Shown: positions 43,254-52,667, numbered from the stretch's first letter. The stretch: DNA of 55,765 nucleotides from a virus (IMGVR_UViG_3300044825_002268:1-55765), one strand, 5' to 3'. Notes: generated by a model not told the origin, from the letters alone. Program-made: numbers and translations.

Positions 43254-45862
43254 CAGAAGGTTCCCCCTACAACCCCGCCTAGGAAAGCGTTTGTTGAGGC
43301 GTTGTAGCTCAGGTCAGAGTCCGTCAAGGCGCTTTGGCTTCCGGTTGTGCCGGCTACTAAAACTGGGTAGACCGGCGTCGTAGAAGTCGTAGCGACAGAG
43401 ACTGTTGTCGGCGGCGCACCCGAGAATCCCGATGTACCCGAAAAGCCACTCGTTCCCGAAAAACCGCTCGTTCCGGAAAACCCACTGATTCCCGAGGCGC
43501 CTGAAAATCCTGAGATTCCGCTAAATCCCGAGATTCCTGACGCACCGCTGAATCCCGAAATTCCAGAAAACCCGCTAATTCCTGAGGCTCCGCTAAATCC
43601 GGAAGTTCCCGAAAATCCTGAAATTCCTGACGCGCCGCTAAAGCCCGATGTGCCGCTGAATCCGGAAATTCCAGACGCCCCACTAAAACCTGAAGTTCCG
43701 GAAAATCCAGAGATTCCTGAAAAACCGGAGATTCCAGAAAATCCACTGAATCCCGATGTGCCGCTTTGAGCGACACCATCAAGCCCTGAATATCCTGAAA
43801 ATCCGCTAGTTCCCGAAAATCCGCTAGTTCCCGAAAATCCACTGGTTCCAGAAAAGCCACTGAGGCCCGAAGTAACAGCAAAAATTACAGGATCGTTATT
43901 AGCAAAACTGTAAGTCGATGTAATTAAAGTTACTGGATATGTCCAATAACTGTTAGACAAACCGGGATTAGTGTTCGTTGGAGTGCCATTAACTTCCCAA
44001 GTTTGATAATTAGCACTTGCAGTTTTGTCTTGAATTGTGAATCTTTGCGTTTGTTTGATCAGAGACAAAAAGATGTCAACATCGACGCCATCACTATCTT
44101 CATGGCTTACGATAATTTGTGTTGCGCTTGATTGAGTGGCGTTATTCCAAATCAGGAATCCAAGACCCGGATCACCGCTTGTTGATGTTGTTTTAGCGTT
44201 GTATGGGAAAAAGGTTGATGCAGATCCAACTGCACCTGAGAATCCACTTATTCCTGAAGCGCCGCTAAATCCTGAAATTCCGGAAAATCCTGAGAATCCC
44301 GAAGTTCCGCTAAATCCTGAAGTGCCGCTAAATCCGGATGTGCCACTAAATCCAGACTCGCCCGAAAAACCGCTAAATCCGCTTTCGCCTGAAAATCCGG
44401 AGATTCCGGAAAATCCTGAAGTTCCGCTGAAACCCGAAATTCCTGAGTCTCCGGAAAAACCTGAAATTCCGCTGAATCCCGAGAAACCCGAAATCCCCGA
44501 AAATCCGGACTCACCGGAAAATCCTGAGGTTCCTGAAAATCCGCTAAAACCCGACTCTCCCGAAAATCCGCTAAAACCAGACTGCCCAGAAAATCCCGAG
44601 AAGCCTGAAATTCCGCTAAAGCCGCTGAATCCGGATATTCCGCTAAAACCGCTAATTCCTGAAAAACCTGAGGTTCCTGAAAATCCGCTAACGCCATTTA
44701 CGATGGCAAAAATAACTTCAATATCGTCAGCAAAGCCTGTAGTTCCGGTGCCACTTGAGCTAATTAAAGTACACGGAATAGTGAAGTAATCGACAGCTTG
44801 GCTTGGAGTTCCAGTTACACGCCATTTTTGATTATTGGCGCTATTAGAAATATCCTGAATTATGAATTCTTCAGTGCTCTGAAGCAGTGCTAAGAAAACA
44901 CTGATATCAACGCCATCATCATTCAGATTACTTACATTGATTTGAGTGGCGCTAGTTTGGGTAACATTATTCCAAAGCAGTTTTCCGTATCCCGGATCTC
45001 CACCGGTGATCAAAGTATTTGTTTTGTACGGATAGTAGGTACTCGATACACCGCTGATACCTGAATAACCGGAAAAACCAGAAATGCCTGAAAACCCGGA
45101 AAATCCCGACGTTCCGCTAAAACCTGAAAATCCGCTAACACCGGACGCCCCCAAAGCGTTTGTCCAAGTGCCGCCAACCAAGCCCTCAAAGTATTGGGTG
45201 TCGGTGTTGTATCGAATCTGACCATCTGGTCCACCGCCGCGTTCAGCGGTAGTGCCGGTCGGAACCTGCATTCCGGCGTTACCCGGAATCTGAGGGTTGC
45301 TCGTAATCCCGATAGTCGGGTTGCCGGGGCCGGTGCCGTTTGTGACATCGATTTGATTGGTTGTTCCCTGAATCTCAACCGAAGTCACATTGGTGCCGTT
45401 GATGGCCACAATCCCAACGCTATTCAGGTTGGCCATCGAGGCGGCCGTGCCGGTTAGGGCGATGGTTGGGTTGCCTGCCACCCCGTTGCCGTTAGTAACG
45501 GCTAAACCAGCTCCGGTGACCGCAATAGATCGGTTTGTGACCGCATTTGCGGCGGTCTTGACTATTACCCCGTTACCCGCGGCTTCGAGGCTTCCTGCGG
45601 CCCCGTTTAGGCCAATCTCAATCGTTCCTTGAGCGCCGGTGTCGGTAAGGCTCACCCCAGTTCCGGCAGACAAAGCCCGGCTATTGATTAGGCTTGGCTC
45701 ATTATTGACCGTAATAAAGGTCTGAGTCTGGCTCGGGGAGGCCGCAATGGCCCCAGTCGTGGTCTGTACGGTCTGACCGTTTTGTACGATAGGAACCGAC
45801 TCGGTGCCCGTAATTGGGCCCGCAGCCGGTAGTTGGGTAATGGTGACTTGTGCTGAAGGCAT
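43253..45862 (-). CDS. Fibre protein with (Ser-Gly-X)n collagen-like blocks and a duplicated globular domain
   Basis: 869 aa with three SGx blocks, two copies of a 'GDPG.G.L.WNN.TQ.SATQI.VS' domain, and C-terminal 'VGGTF'. Confidence 0.8.
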   Translation of the reverse strand: MPSAQVTITQLPAAGPITGTESVPIVQNGQTVQTTTGAIAASPSQTQTFITVNNEPSLINSRALSAGTGVSLTDTGAQGTIEIGLNGAAGSLEAAGNGVIVKTAANAVTNRSIAVTGAGLAVTNGNGVAGNPTIALTGTAASMANLNSVGIVAINGTNVTSVEIQGTTNQIDVTNGTGPGNPTIGITSNPQIPGNAGMQVPTGTTAERGGGPDGQIRYNTDTQYFEGLVGGTWTNALGASGVSGFSGFSGTSGFSGFSGISGFSGYSGISGVSSTYYPYKTNTLITGGDPGYGKLLWNNVTQTSATQINVSNLNDDGVDISVFLALLQSTEEFIIQDISNSANNQKWRVTGTPSQAVDYFTIPCTLISSSGTGTTGFADDIEVIFAIVNGVSGFSGTSGFSGISGFSGISGFSGFSGISGFSGFSGQSGFSGFSGESGFSGFSGTSGFSGESGFSGISGFSGFSGISGFSGDSGISGFSGTSGFSGISGFSGESGFSGFSGESGFSGTSGFSGTSGFSGTSGFSGFSGISGFSGASGISGFSGAVGSASTFFPYNAKTTSTSGDPGLGFLIWNNATQSSATQIIVSHEDSDGVDVDIFLSLIKQTQRFTIQDKTASANYQTWEVNGTPTNTNPGLSNSYWTYPVTLITSTYSFANNDPVIFAVTSGLSGFSGTSGFSGTSGFSGTSGFSGYSGLDGVAQSGTSGFSGFSGISGFSGISGFSGTSGFSGASGISGFSGTSGFSGASGISGFSGTSGFSGASGISGFSGISGFSGASGISGFSGISGFSGASGISGFSGTSGFSGTSGFSGTSGFSGAPPTTVSVATTSTTPVYPVLVAGTTGSQSALTDSDLSYNASTNAFLGGVVGGTF
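43417..43868 (-). repeat. 9-bp-period coding repeat, (SGx) block 3
   Basis: About 50 triplets with one short interruption (LDGVAQ). Confidence 0.9.
44235..44690 (-). repeat. 9-bp-period coding repeat, (SGx) block 2
   Basis: About 51 uninterrupted SGx triplets with diverged synonymous codons. Confidence 0.9.
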
Positions 45863-46203
45863 TATGGACTCGGGCTAATAACGTCAAGATTTCCGTTGTT
45901 CTCGGGGTCGTCCTGATTGCCTTGAGTGGAGATCAGGAATTGGCCGTAACCACCGGTCTGAAGGGCAGGCTGGACATTAGCAACGCTGACATCCGGCCTT
46001 GGAAATCGAAGGTTGATTCTTTCGGTTTGCCTAGCAGGAAGCCTGTAGGGGTCTTTCTGGTCGGCGCATCCCTGATCACATACTCGTAAACCCGGGAAGT
46101 TTGGATCTGATCCAAGGCTTACATAGGTGCGCTTCATCTTGCACCGGTCGCAAACACCGATTGCTAGAGAAGTTAGTCCGGTAGTGTCAAGGAAAATAGG
46201 CAT
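45862..46203 (-). CDS. Small Cys-motif (Zn-finger-like) virion-module protein
   Basis: 'CDRC...GLRVC...C.D..DP......PRPD'. Confidence 0.7.
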   Translation of the reverse strand: MPIFLDTTGLTSLAIGVCDRCKMKRTYVSLGSDPNFPGLRVCDQGCADQKDPYRLPARQTERINLRFPRPDVSVANVQPALQTGGYGQFLISTQGNQDDPENNGNLDVISPSP

Positions 46204-47276
46204 TATTTTGTGTATACGCTAATATTCGGCGCCCAGTAAATTGGCGACTTATCACGCTCTTCTTGCTCTGCCTCGAAGAGGTATTTATCAGCCATTCTTT
46301 CCAAATACGCAATCCTGTCGGGCGCAACCTGCGGAAGCTCCAAAGCCATCCGGTGGGCAAGGATCATCACGACCGCCTCATACCAGCGCTGGGGAACTTC
46401 CAGCTCATCGGTCAGCGCCCCTACATCCATGATCTGGCGGGAATACCACACCGTCATTTGGATAAACGGATCTGATGGGGTTGGCCAAAGGTAAATGGAC
46501 GGCTGGGGGATCGTGCGGTCAAACCAAAACTGATAGGGCTGATTGGCCGTAAAGTTCTTATTCGGAAGATTTGTATAGTCATCCCGATTTAGTCTGGCCA
46601 TCATGATTTCTCGGCTATTGTTGCCGACATACCATTCTCTGATCGCCAAGGTCGTGCCGTTGTATCCCCGAATCCGGTAATACTCTACGGTCTCACCGGG
46701 GTCAACATCAGTCCAAATCCACTGATTGTCTCTAACAACTATTTCGCCTAAATCCTCTAACGTTTGCCAAGTGCTTCCATCCACAGAATACTCATAAATA
46801 ACGGACCAAGTAGCGCTACCGCCACCGGCAACGTAAGGCAAAAGACCAATAGATCCGGCGTATATTGGGTTGTCTGTGCCGTAGAAGACTGAGATGTTTC
46901 CGTTGGCTGAGGTTTGCTGACAATAAGTGTCAATATCGGAGTCTGCGACAAAGCTGACGTTCCCCCCTGCGCTGGTTGCGTAGTCACCGCTCGGACGGTT
47001 CATTGTCCGGTAAAGGGCGTTTAAAACATCAATTGACCCCAGCGGAAGCTGATAAATGTACTGGTCTGCTTTTAGACCGAAGACCTTTTTGCTGATTGCC
47101 CAATAATTGATGCCAATATTGGCCAAGGCAGATAGAGCGAAAAATAAAGATTCACGGGCAGATAATTGTTGCTCTGACGTTAACTCTTCAGCCAGCTTTC
47201 CGCACCGGCGGGCGCCGTGATCAATTAACGTTTGAACATCAACAACCGTCGTTCCGATTGTTCCTGAATAAGCCAT
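46203..47276 (-). CDS. Head-tail connector (P22 gp4/tubular A-like) with inserted beta-sandwich
   Basis: Helical termini ('ARESL', 'VPQRWYEA...LA..MALE') and 'R.DY.NLPNK...P.QFWFDR...LWPTP'. Confidence 0.7.
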   Translation of the reverse strand: MAYSGTIGTTVVDVQTLIDHGARRCGKLAEELTSEQQLSARESLFFALSALANIGINYWAISKKVFGLKADQYIYQLPLGSIDVLNALYRTMNRPSGDYATSAGGNVSFVADSDIDTYCQQTSANGNISVFYGTDNPIYAGSIGLLPYVAGGGSATWSVIYEYSVDGSTWQTLEDLGEIVVRDNQWIWTDVDPGETVEYYRIRGYNGTTLAIREWYVGNNSREIMMARLNRDDYTNLPNKNFTANQPYQFWFDRTIPQPSIYLWPTPSDPFIQMTVWYSRQIMDVGALTDELEVPQRWYEAVVMILAHRMALELPQVAPDRIAYLERMADKYLFEAEQEERDKSPIYWAPNISVYTK

Positions 47277-47684
47277 TTACCACCCCGGACAGTTCCAGCG
47301 TTTCATTGATGCACGGGCACGACTTCCCCGCTCGCTTTTTTCTGCTACTGGCCCCATACGAGCACAGAACGAATCACGCCGCTTTCCTCCCTGTGGTTGC
47401 GGTGCCTTTAAATTAGACCCGGTTTCCCGGTTATATTTTTCCCTGCCTTTAGCCGTAAGACCGGCTCCTTGAGATACCGGTAGCTTTTCTCCACGACCAA
47501 CTGCAAGGCTTACCTCACCGCCTTTTTTCTTATTTTCAGGCAGCTTGGCGTAAGACTTTTTGCCCACATTAGACTCGGTATATTCAGCGGCCACCGAAGG
47601 CTTAATCCCAACCTTCTTAGCAAACTTTGGGTTGTACTCGGCCGCTTTCATAAGCCTAAATTGGGCTTTGGATTTGGCTGGCAT
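47277..47684 (-). CDS. Basic protein, two modules joined by KKKGG (C-terminal part DUF6321-like)
   Basis: 'MPAKSKAQFRLM...FAKKVGI' plus 'GLTAKGR.KYN..TGSNLKAP...RRDSFCARM'. Confidence 0.7.
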   Translation of the reverse strand: MPAKSKAQFRLMKAAEYNPKFAKKVGIKPSVAAEYTESNVGKKSYAKLPENKKKGGEVSLAVGRGEKLPVSQGAGLTAKGREKYNRETGSNLKAPQPQGGKRRDSFCARMGPVAEKSERGSRARASMKRWNCPGW

Positions 47685-48266
47685 TTAGGCTACCTGCTGA
47701 ACAGTCACCAACATTGACGGAATTGCCGGATATAGCGCAGTTGACGGCAAATGCTCAAGCGTTACATCTAAACTCTCAGGTAACCAATAGAGTTGGACAT
47801 AATCAGCAGAATTAAGTTGGAAGAAAAAGTTCCAAGCCGCAACTTGATAACCGAAAATTCCTGCACTTTTTCTTGCCGGTATGGTTACATTTGTTGCTGA
47901 GTTTGCTAAATCTGAACCGTTAACCTTGACCCAAATTGTCACAATTTGCTGGGCATTTGAGACATTTTTAAATTGGGCGCTGAACTGAAGATCATAGATT
48001 CCGGTGTTTGGAACCGTTAACTTGCTGTTATCAACAAGCGTTACACCATCAGAAATATCTTGAGTGTTATAAGTAATTGCAGTTCCTGCAGTGGTGCTAC
48101 CTGTTTGGTCTGTGGAATCGCTCCATGCACCATACGCTCGGTTGTAAGCAATGATGTCGCCAACAGTTGTCTTCTTGTTATCACCGCTTTGAACGATAGG
48201 AACCAACTCTGCCCCGGTTAGGGGAAGAGCCGCTGCGGTCATTGCTGAAATCTTGGTATCTGCCAT
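47685..48266 (-). CDS. Virion appendage protein with C1q/TNF-like beta-sandwich
   Basis: N-terminal anchor 'KISAM...LTG.E.VPIVQ'; 'LTVPNTGIY.LQFSAQF...WVKVNG'. Confidence 0.65.
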   Translation of the reverse strand: MADTKISAMTAAALPLTGAELVPIVQSGDNKKTTVGDIIAYNRAYGAWSDSTDQTGSTTAGTAITYNTQDISDGVTLVDNSKLTVPNTGIYDLQFSAQFKNVSNAQQIVTIWVKVNGSDLANSATNVTIPARKSAGIFGYQVAAWNFFFQLNSADYVQLYWLPESLDVTLEHLPSTALYPAIPSMLVTVQQVA

Positions 48267-48491
48267 TTAGGACTCCAACTCAATCTTGTCGTCATTTTCC
48301 TGAAGGACATACCCTGCATCTTCCATCAGGATGTAGTACGGTCCGGCAGCAACTGGGCCTCGTACAATTACCGACTGCCCTCCCACATCATTGCCATATC
48401 CGTTATGTGCGTCGGCTACTACACCATCAGCTAAACCCGGATAGGTGTTAGCAAAATTCGCTACGAATTCAAAGCCGACGCCGCCAGCCAT
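48267..48491 (-). CDS. Small structural protein
   Basis: C-terminal 'ILMEDAGYVLQENDDKIELE' motif. Confidence 0.6.
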   Translation of the reverse strand: MAGGVGFEFVANFANTYPGLADGVVADAHNGYGNDVGGQSVIVRGPVAAGPYYILMEDAGYVLQENDDKIELES

Positions 48492-48796
48492 TACGCAATT
48501 CCTGCCTGAATAAGTTTCAGGGTAACGGTTCCATCACCAGAATTCATGGTCACTCGAATTGCCGTTACAGGGAAAGCATAGTTTCCGTCTGCATTAGCAA
48601 TTGCGGCCGCCACGGTAGGGTGCGGAAACCAAGTCGAAAACCCGACTGCAGGATCATCAAAGGTGTGCTGAACCGTGTAATTGACCGTTCCGGTCTTAAC
48701 CACGCCAAATCCAACATTAAACGGTGTGGCATTAAGGTTCATCACAATCGGTGTGCTTGACCCTACGCCAGTTTGAGAAACAGTTTGTAGTTTCAT
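48491..48796 (-). CDS. Small beta-sandwich structural protein
   Basis: 101 aa; 'YTVQHTFDDP...WF.H...FPVTAIR'. Confidence 0.7.
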   Translation of the reverse strand: MKLQTVSQTGVGSSTPIVMNLNATPFNVGFGVVKTGTVNYTVQHTFDDPAVGFSTWFPHPTVAAAIANADGNYAFPVTAIRVTMNSGDGTVTLKLIQAGIA

Positions 48797-48808
48797 CTTT
48801 TAATCCTT

Positions 48809-48834
48809 AAAAAGCGGGGGCTTAGAGCCCCCAC
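48809..48834 (-). terminator. Rho-independent terminator
   Basis: Minus strand GTGGGGGCT-CTA-AGCCCCCGC-TTTTT. Confidence 0.7.
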
Positions 48835-48839
48835 CTTGT

Positions 48840-49886
48840 TTAGCACATACCGCCAGACCGCATTTTCATTTTTCCATACTTGCTGTAGACCTCATTGCTG
48901 TCGGCCTTAGCAGCCTTCATTGCCGGGGCGTTTTCTCCCTCATGAATTGCCTGCAGTTTTGCTTGAGCAGGGGTCATCACTTGGCCGCCCTTTTTGAAGG
49001 TTCCGGAAAGCTGATTGATGCTTACGGGTGTAGAGGGTTTTTTCTGGCCTTGCGGCATATTCACCGCCTTACCAGAGTCATTTACCGACCCACCCTTAGC
49101 ATACTTTTTTGCGGCACCACCTTTCTTGTAAGCAAAGCCCTTGCCTTCTTCCCTGTAAGAGTCATCAGCAGATGTGTAACTTTGTTTCATCTGTTCTTTC
49201 TGCTCTTTTTGAGGTTTTTGCATACCTTGTGCCATACCGCCTGATTTGTAACCACCACCGTTTGATTTGGCCACACCACCGGTTTTGTAACCGCCTCGGT
49301 TACCCAGCTTTACCTCACCAGTTTTGGCAGGCGAATGGTCAGGTTTGGCTGTGACCACCTTGGTGTTTTTATAGGGGCCTGCATCACGGGAACCTTCTTG
49401 CTCGGTGATGATGCCGCTCTTGGCTAGACCGCCGGAAGCGTATTTCTTGACATTGCCGCCCTTTTTGTAGCCGCCCTGTCCGTAAGCAACACCGCCAGTC
49501 TTTAAGCCCTTGTGAGCCTTAGAAGCCGGCATAGAAGCGTGTTTTTCTAGCTTCTTCTCGGTAGATGCCATTTTCTTGGCCTCTTCCTTATGCTCTTTTT
49601 CGGTCTCTCCGCCTTCTTTCATGGTGCGACCCATCGGACGAACAGCCATCGCCTTGCGGCGGGCGGTCATTGCGGGACGCATCGGTGAACGAACCGGAGC
49701 GTTTACTGCCGGACGACCAATTAAGGCCGGGGTTCCGGACATGGCGCCCAAGGCACCACCATCCATCTTTTTAACTGCTTTTGTGCTGCCGCCTTTTTTC
49801 ATCATGACGGCACCGCCTTTTTTGAGCTTTAGCTCAACGGTGGGCTCCGTAGTCATCATCTTGACCATTGGTTTGAACTGACCCAT
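48840..49886 (-). CDS. Lys/Gly/Met-rich protein built of repeated xxGG motifs
   Basis: 348 aa; LKKGG, MKKGG, MKEGG, LKTGG, YKKGG (x2), YASGG, YKTGG, YKSGG, YAKGG, FKKGG, MRSGG. Confidence 0.8.
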   Translation of the reverse strand: MGQFKPMVKMMTTEPTVELKLKKGGAVMMKKGGSTKAVKKMDGGALGAMSGTPALIGRPAVNAPVRSPMRPAMTARRKAMAVRPMGRTMKEGGETEKEHKEEAKKMASTEKKLEKHASMPASKAHKGLKTGGVAYGQGGYKKGGNVKKYASGGLAKSGIITEQEGSRDAGPYKNTKVVTAKPDHSPAKTGEVKLGNRGGYKTGGVAKSNGGGYKSGGMAQGMQKPQKEQKEQMKQSYTSADDSYREEGKGFAYKKGGAAKKYAKGGSVNDSGKAVNMPQGQKKPSTPVSINQLSGTFKKGGQVMTPAQAKLQAIHEGENAPAMKAAKADSNEVYSKYGKMKMRSGGMC

Positions 49887-49899
49887 TTAATTCTCCTAA

Positions 49900-50634
49900 T
49901 TAGGCTTGGGTGACGCCAAGGGCGCCAGTACGGGTTGCGTTGGGACCGACTGCGATAGCGTTTAATAGGATTCCCATTACAAGGCGCTTGGAGCCATCCG
50001 CGGCGCTCGATGGGGCATAAGTCCCACGAACATCTCCGGTGGTTGTCGTTGCGGTTGCTGTATCAGCCGCTACAAAAGTTCCAGTGTCTTGCGCTAGGGT
50101 GTTATCCCATTTAACGCTGGCTACATAACCTGCGTCGGCAATCCGGACCGGGGCGCCAAAAATGTCGGTCGTTCCAACCGTGATAGCAGTGGTTGTGCCG
50201 CCGCTAACCGTGATTGAAGCAATCTCATAAAAGGCTTTCTGTCCGTCTACCGCACTACCTGCCGAACTGGTGATTACTTCACTCATCGGTTGACCGTAGT
50301 AGTCATAGCCCGAAACAGTGAAGTTACGGTTCGATCCGCCGCCAACTTGAGTTACCGAAACTGCACGGGGTACGTCCAGTCGATAAACAGTCAAGAAGTC
50401 GGTTTTACGAACCGCTGTTACACCAGCGCCAGCAGTAAGCGTCAATGCACCACTTCCGGCCGGAGTTACGCTTGTAACAAGGTTATTTGCGGCTTTCGCC
50501 TCAGGAACCGTGTCCCAAACATAAATACGACCGAGCGGTCCAACGCCCGCAGACATCGGGGAAGGGTCGCCCAAAGACAACCCCATCCCGGTAACCGCCG
50601 TCCCCAGAAACAAATCATCATCAAACTGAGGCAT
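49900..50634 (-). CDS. Putative capsid-associated structural protein
   Basis: 244 aa, A/T/G-rich; 'G.DYYGQ.MSE', 'TGDVRGTY'. Confidence 0.65.
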   Translation of the reverse strand: MPQFDDDLFLGTAVTGMGLSLGDPSPMSAGVGPLGRIYVWDTVPEAKAANNLVTSVTPAGSGALTLTAGAGVTAVRKTDFLTVYRLDVPRAVSVTQVGGGSNRNFTVSGYDYYGQPMSEVITSSAGSAVDGQKAFYEIASITVSGGTTTAITVGTTDIFGAPVRIADAGYVASVKWDNTLAQDTGTFVAADTATATTTTGDVRGTYAPSSAADGSKRLVMGILLNAIAVGPNATRTGALGVTQA

Positions 50635-50654
50635 GGTTATCCCTCCTTATTTAA

Positions 50655-51686
50655 TTAGGTGGGATTAACTGCGATACCTGTTGTTCCTGCTGTCGGCGCT
50701 CCACCATCAACATAGATTTGGCCACGGCTGGTTGCGTCAGTACCAAACTCGGTAATGCCGACCATCGTTGCGTTTTTCATGACGATCTGACCACCAGAAG
50801 AGGCGGCCAAAGTTGCCAAGCCGTCCATCGTCGTGGAGGTAGAACCTACGTTGTTGATGAAGGTGCAGTCTTGGAACAGTTGATAACGATCCATTGAGGC
50901 GGCAGCCGAGGCAATCACTCCAAGCGGCGTTGAAGCCGAGGTTTGGAAGTCCAGTGTGCAACCAAAGAACGCATTCCGAGCGGTGCCGGATGCAAATTCA
51001 ATCGTTGCGTTTGCTGCGCCACGGGGAACCGTGCTTGTTCCAAAAACGCAATTAGAGAAGGTGCGCTCGCCGCCGCCAACTAACTTCAATGTCCGGGCAT
51101 TTGCACCGCTAGCCGAAGCTGCGTCAGCCATACCTTGAATATTGACGTTGTCGTAAGCATTACGCGAACCAGAGTCAGTCCAAGCAATCATGCTGGCCGA
51201 ACCCGTGGAGAATCCACAGAACACGGACAGGTTAGCAAAGTAACAGCCAGAAGCGGTTACGTTGATGAAAGCATCACTGTTAAAGGTTGTTGCCGTATAG
51301 GTTCCCGTTGGGGGAGCAATACGGGCCCGCTGACCAACCCGAGTCGGAGAGGCAATACCAACCAAATGGGTGGCGTCCTTATTCCAAGTCAGAGTGCCAG
51401 TCGTTGCTGCAGAGTTAATCGTCTGAGCAAGTGCGGTTGACAGACGGGCAGAGCCAGTTGCGGCGCCATCGCCAATCAGTACAACCACATCGTTATTACC
51501 GGCCGTGCAAAGCTGCAGGGCGCGATACAGGGTTTTGAGGGGAAGCTCAACGCTACCCTCGTTGCCGTCGGCCCCATTTACGGGGTCAACGAAGAAGTAG
51601 TTACCCGTGAAGGTAGAACCACCGATAGAACCAAGTACGGGCACACCAAAGGAGGTGATCCCGTTGGGGAAGTTTGTTAAAGCCAT
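50655..51686 (-). CDS. Putative head fibre/spike with beta-helix (pectin-lyase-like) region
   Basis: 'FFVDPVNG.DGN.GS...PLKTL..AL...AG.NDVV' followed by 'F.NC.F' repeats. Confidence 0.65.
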   Translation of the reverse strand: MALTNFPNGITSFGVPVLGSIGGSTFTGNYFFVDPVNGADGNEGSVELPLKTLYRALQLCTAGNNDVVVLIGDGAATGSARLSTALAQTINSAATTGTLTWNKDATHLVGIASPTRVGQRARIAPPTGTYTATTFNSDAFINVTASGCYFANLSVFCGFSTGSASMIAWTDSGSRNAYDNVNIQGMADAASASGANARTLKLVGGGERTFSNCVFGTSTVPRGAANATIEFASGTARNAFFGCTLDFQTSASTPLGVIASAAASMDRYQLFQDCTFINNVGSTSTTMDGLATLAASSGGQIVMKNATMVGITEFGTDATSRGQIYVDGGAPTAGTTGIAVNPT

Positions 51687-51717
51687 CGTCTGCTCCTTGA
51701 AAAGTATGACGAGGTTG

Positions 51718-51745
51718 ATAAAAGGGGCCGGATTTCTCCGACCCC
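51718..51745 (-). terminator. Rho-independent terminator after the major capsid gene
   Basis: GGGGTCGGA-GAAA-TCCGGCCCC-TTTT (GNRA loop). Confidence 0.8.
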
Positions 51746-51752
51746 GACTGCT

Positions 51753-52667
51753 TTAGACGCCCGGAGTACCGTAGACGGCACGGGGATCAGTGAAGCCGAC
51801 GTCATAACGCTCAGTTGCCTTGTAGCGCATGGTGTCAGTCTCAAAGTCACCTTCCATCGTTTTCTCCAGCTTGCGACGCATCAGCAACTTCATGCCCTCA
51901 GGTGCGTCGGTCTGCACCCACCATGCGGTGGAGGAAGTCAGACGCGACAGAACTGCTGCGCCCTCATCCAGAAGACCAATCGACTTGATCGGGTTGATGT
52001 CGTTGTTTGCGTTACCAGCGCGGAGAACGGACTTCAGCAGAACCTCAGCTTGGAAGACGTTGCCCGGGGCCACGATCAATTGACGCGGAACCAGACGGAT
52101 CTTCTTGCCGTTGTTGTCCACTGCCTGACGGATCTGGATGAGCATCTGCTCAAGCGAGGTCTGTGACAGGTTAGCGGGCGTGGTCAGCAGGTTGCTGAAT
52201 GTGCCGTTGACGATTGGGTGTGAAGCACTATTCAGTGCAACACCGTCACCGCCGGGATAGGCAGAGTTAAACGCACGGTTGAGCACGTTTGCGCTCAGGG
52301 TCTCCTTGGTCTCAATCAGAGATTGGGCAAGGTGACGAGCGTAAACTTGACCGATACGGATATGGTCGCCGTCCTCAACAAGCACTTTGGTCAGAGCAAA
52401 AGCCAGACCATACACGTTATAAACGTAGCGCTTGAGGAACAGAACACCACCCTGCTGATACGAAACCGGGGTTCCGTCAGGCAGTTGGGGTGCCGCACCA
52501 AATCCATAAAGGACAGGCTCTTCGTGGTAGTTACGGGGAATACCTTCTTGCTCACGGAAAACCCGTGACCATTCATCGGTACGCTGATCATAGACTCCGT
52601 CGAAGCACTCATTGAGGATTGGCTCAACTATGCTTCTAAAGTCTGTACTGCGCATCGGGGCTGCCAT
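51753..52667 (-). CDS. Major capsid protein (HK97 fold)
   Basis: 304 aa; 'GGDGVAL.S.SHP', 'P..LIV.P', 'ERY..G..DPR..YG.PG'; followed by a terminator. Confidence 0.9.
   Translation of the reverse strand: MAAPMRSTDFRSIVEPILNECFDGVYDQRTDEWSRVFREQEGIPRNYHEEPVLYGFGAAPQLPDGTPVSYQQGGVLFLKRYVYNVYGLAFALTKVLVEDGDHIRIGQVYARHLAQSLIETKETLSANVLNRAFNSAYPGGDGVALNSASHPIVNGTFSNLLTTPANLSQTSLEQMLIQIRQAVDNNGKKIRLVPRQLIVAPGNVFQAEVLLKSVLRAGNANNDINPIKSIGLLDEGAAVLSRLTSSTAWWVQTDAPEGMKLLMRRKLEKTMEGDFETDTMRYKATERYDVGFTDPRAVYGTPGV

Noticed and set aside
43417-44690. Possible CRISPR array or DGR template/variable repeat
   Set aside because: No constant repeat with unique spacers, no adenine-specific repeat pair noticed, and no reverse transcriptase or cas genes. 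The repeats are in-frame coding.
43357-44789. Long alternative-frame and antisense ORFs over the SGx repeats (43357-43881, 44136-44789, 44248-44697)
   Set aside because: They are shadows of a 9-bp-period coding repeat that lacks stops in other frames, and they lie entirely within the fibre gene.
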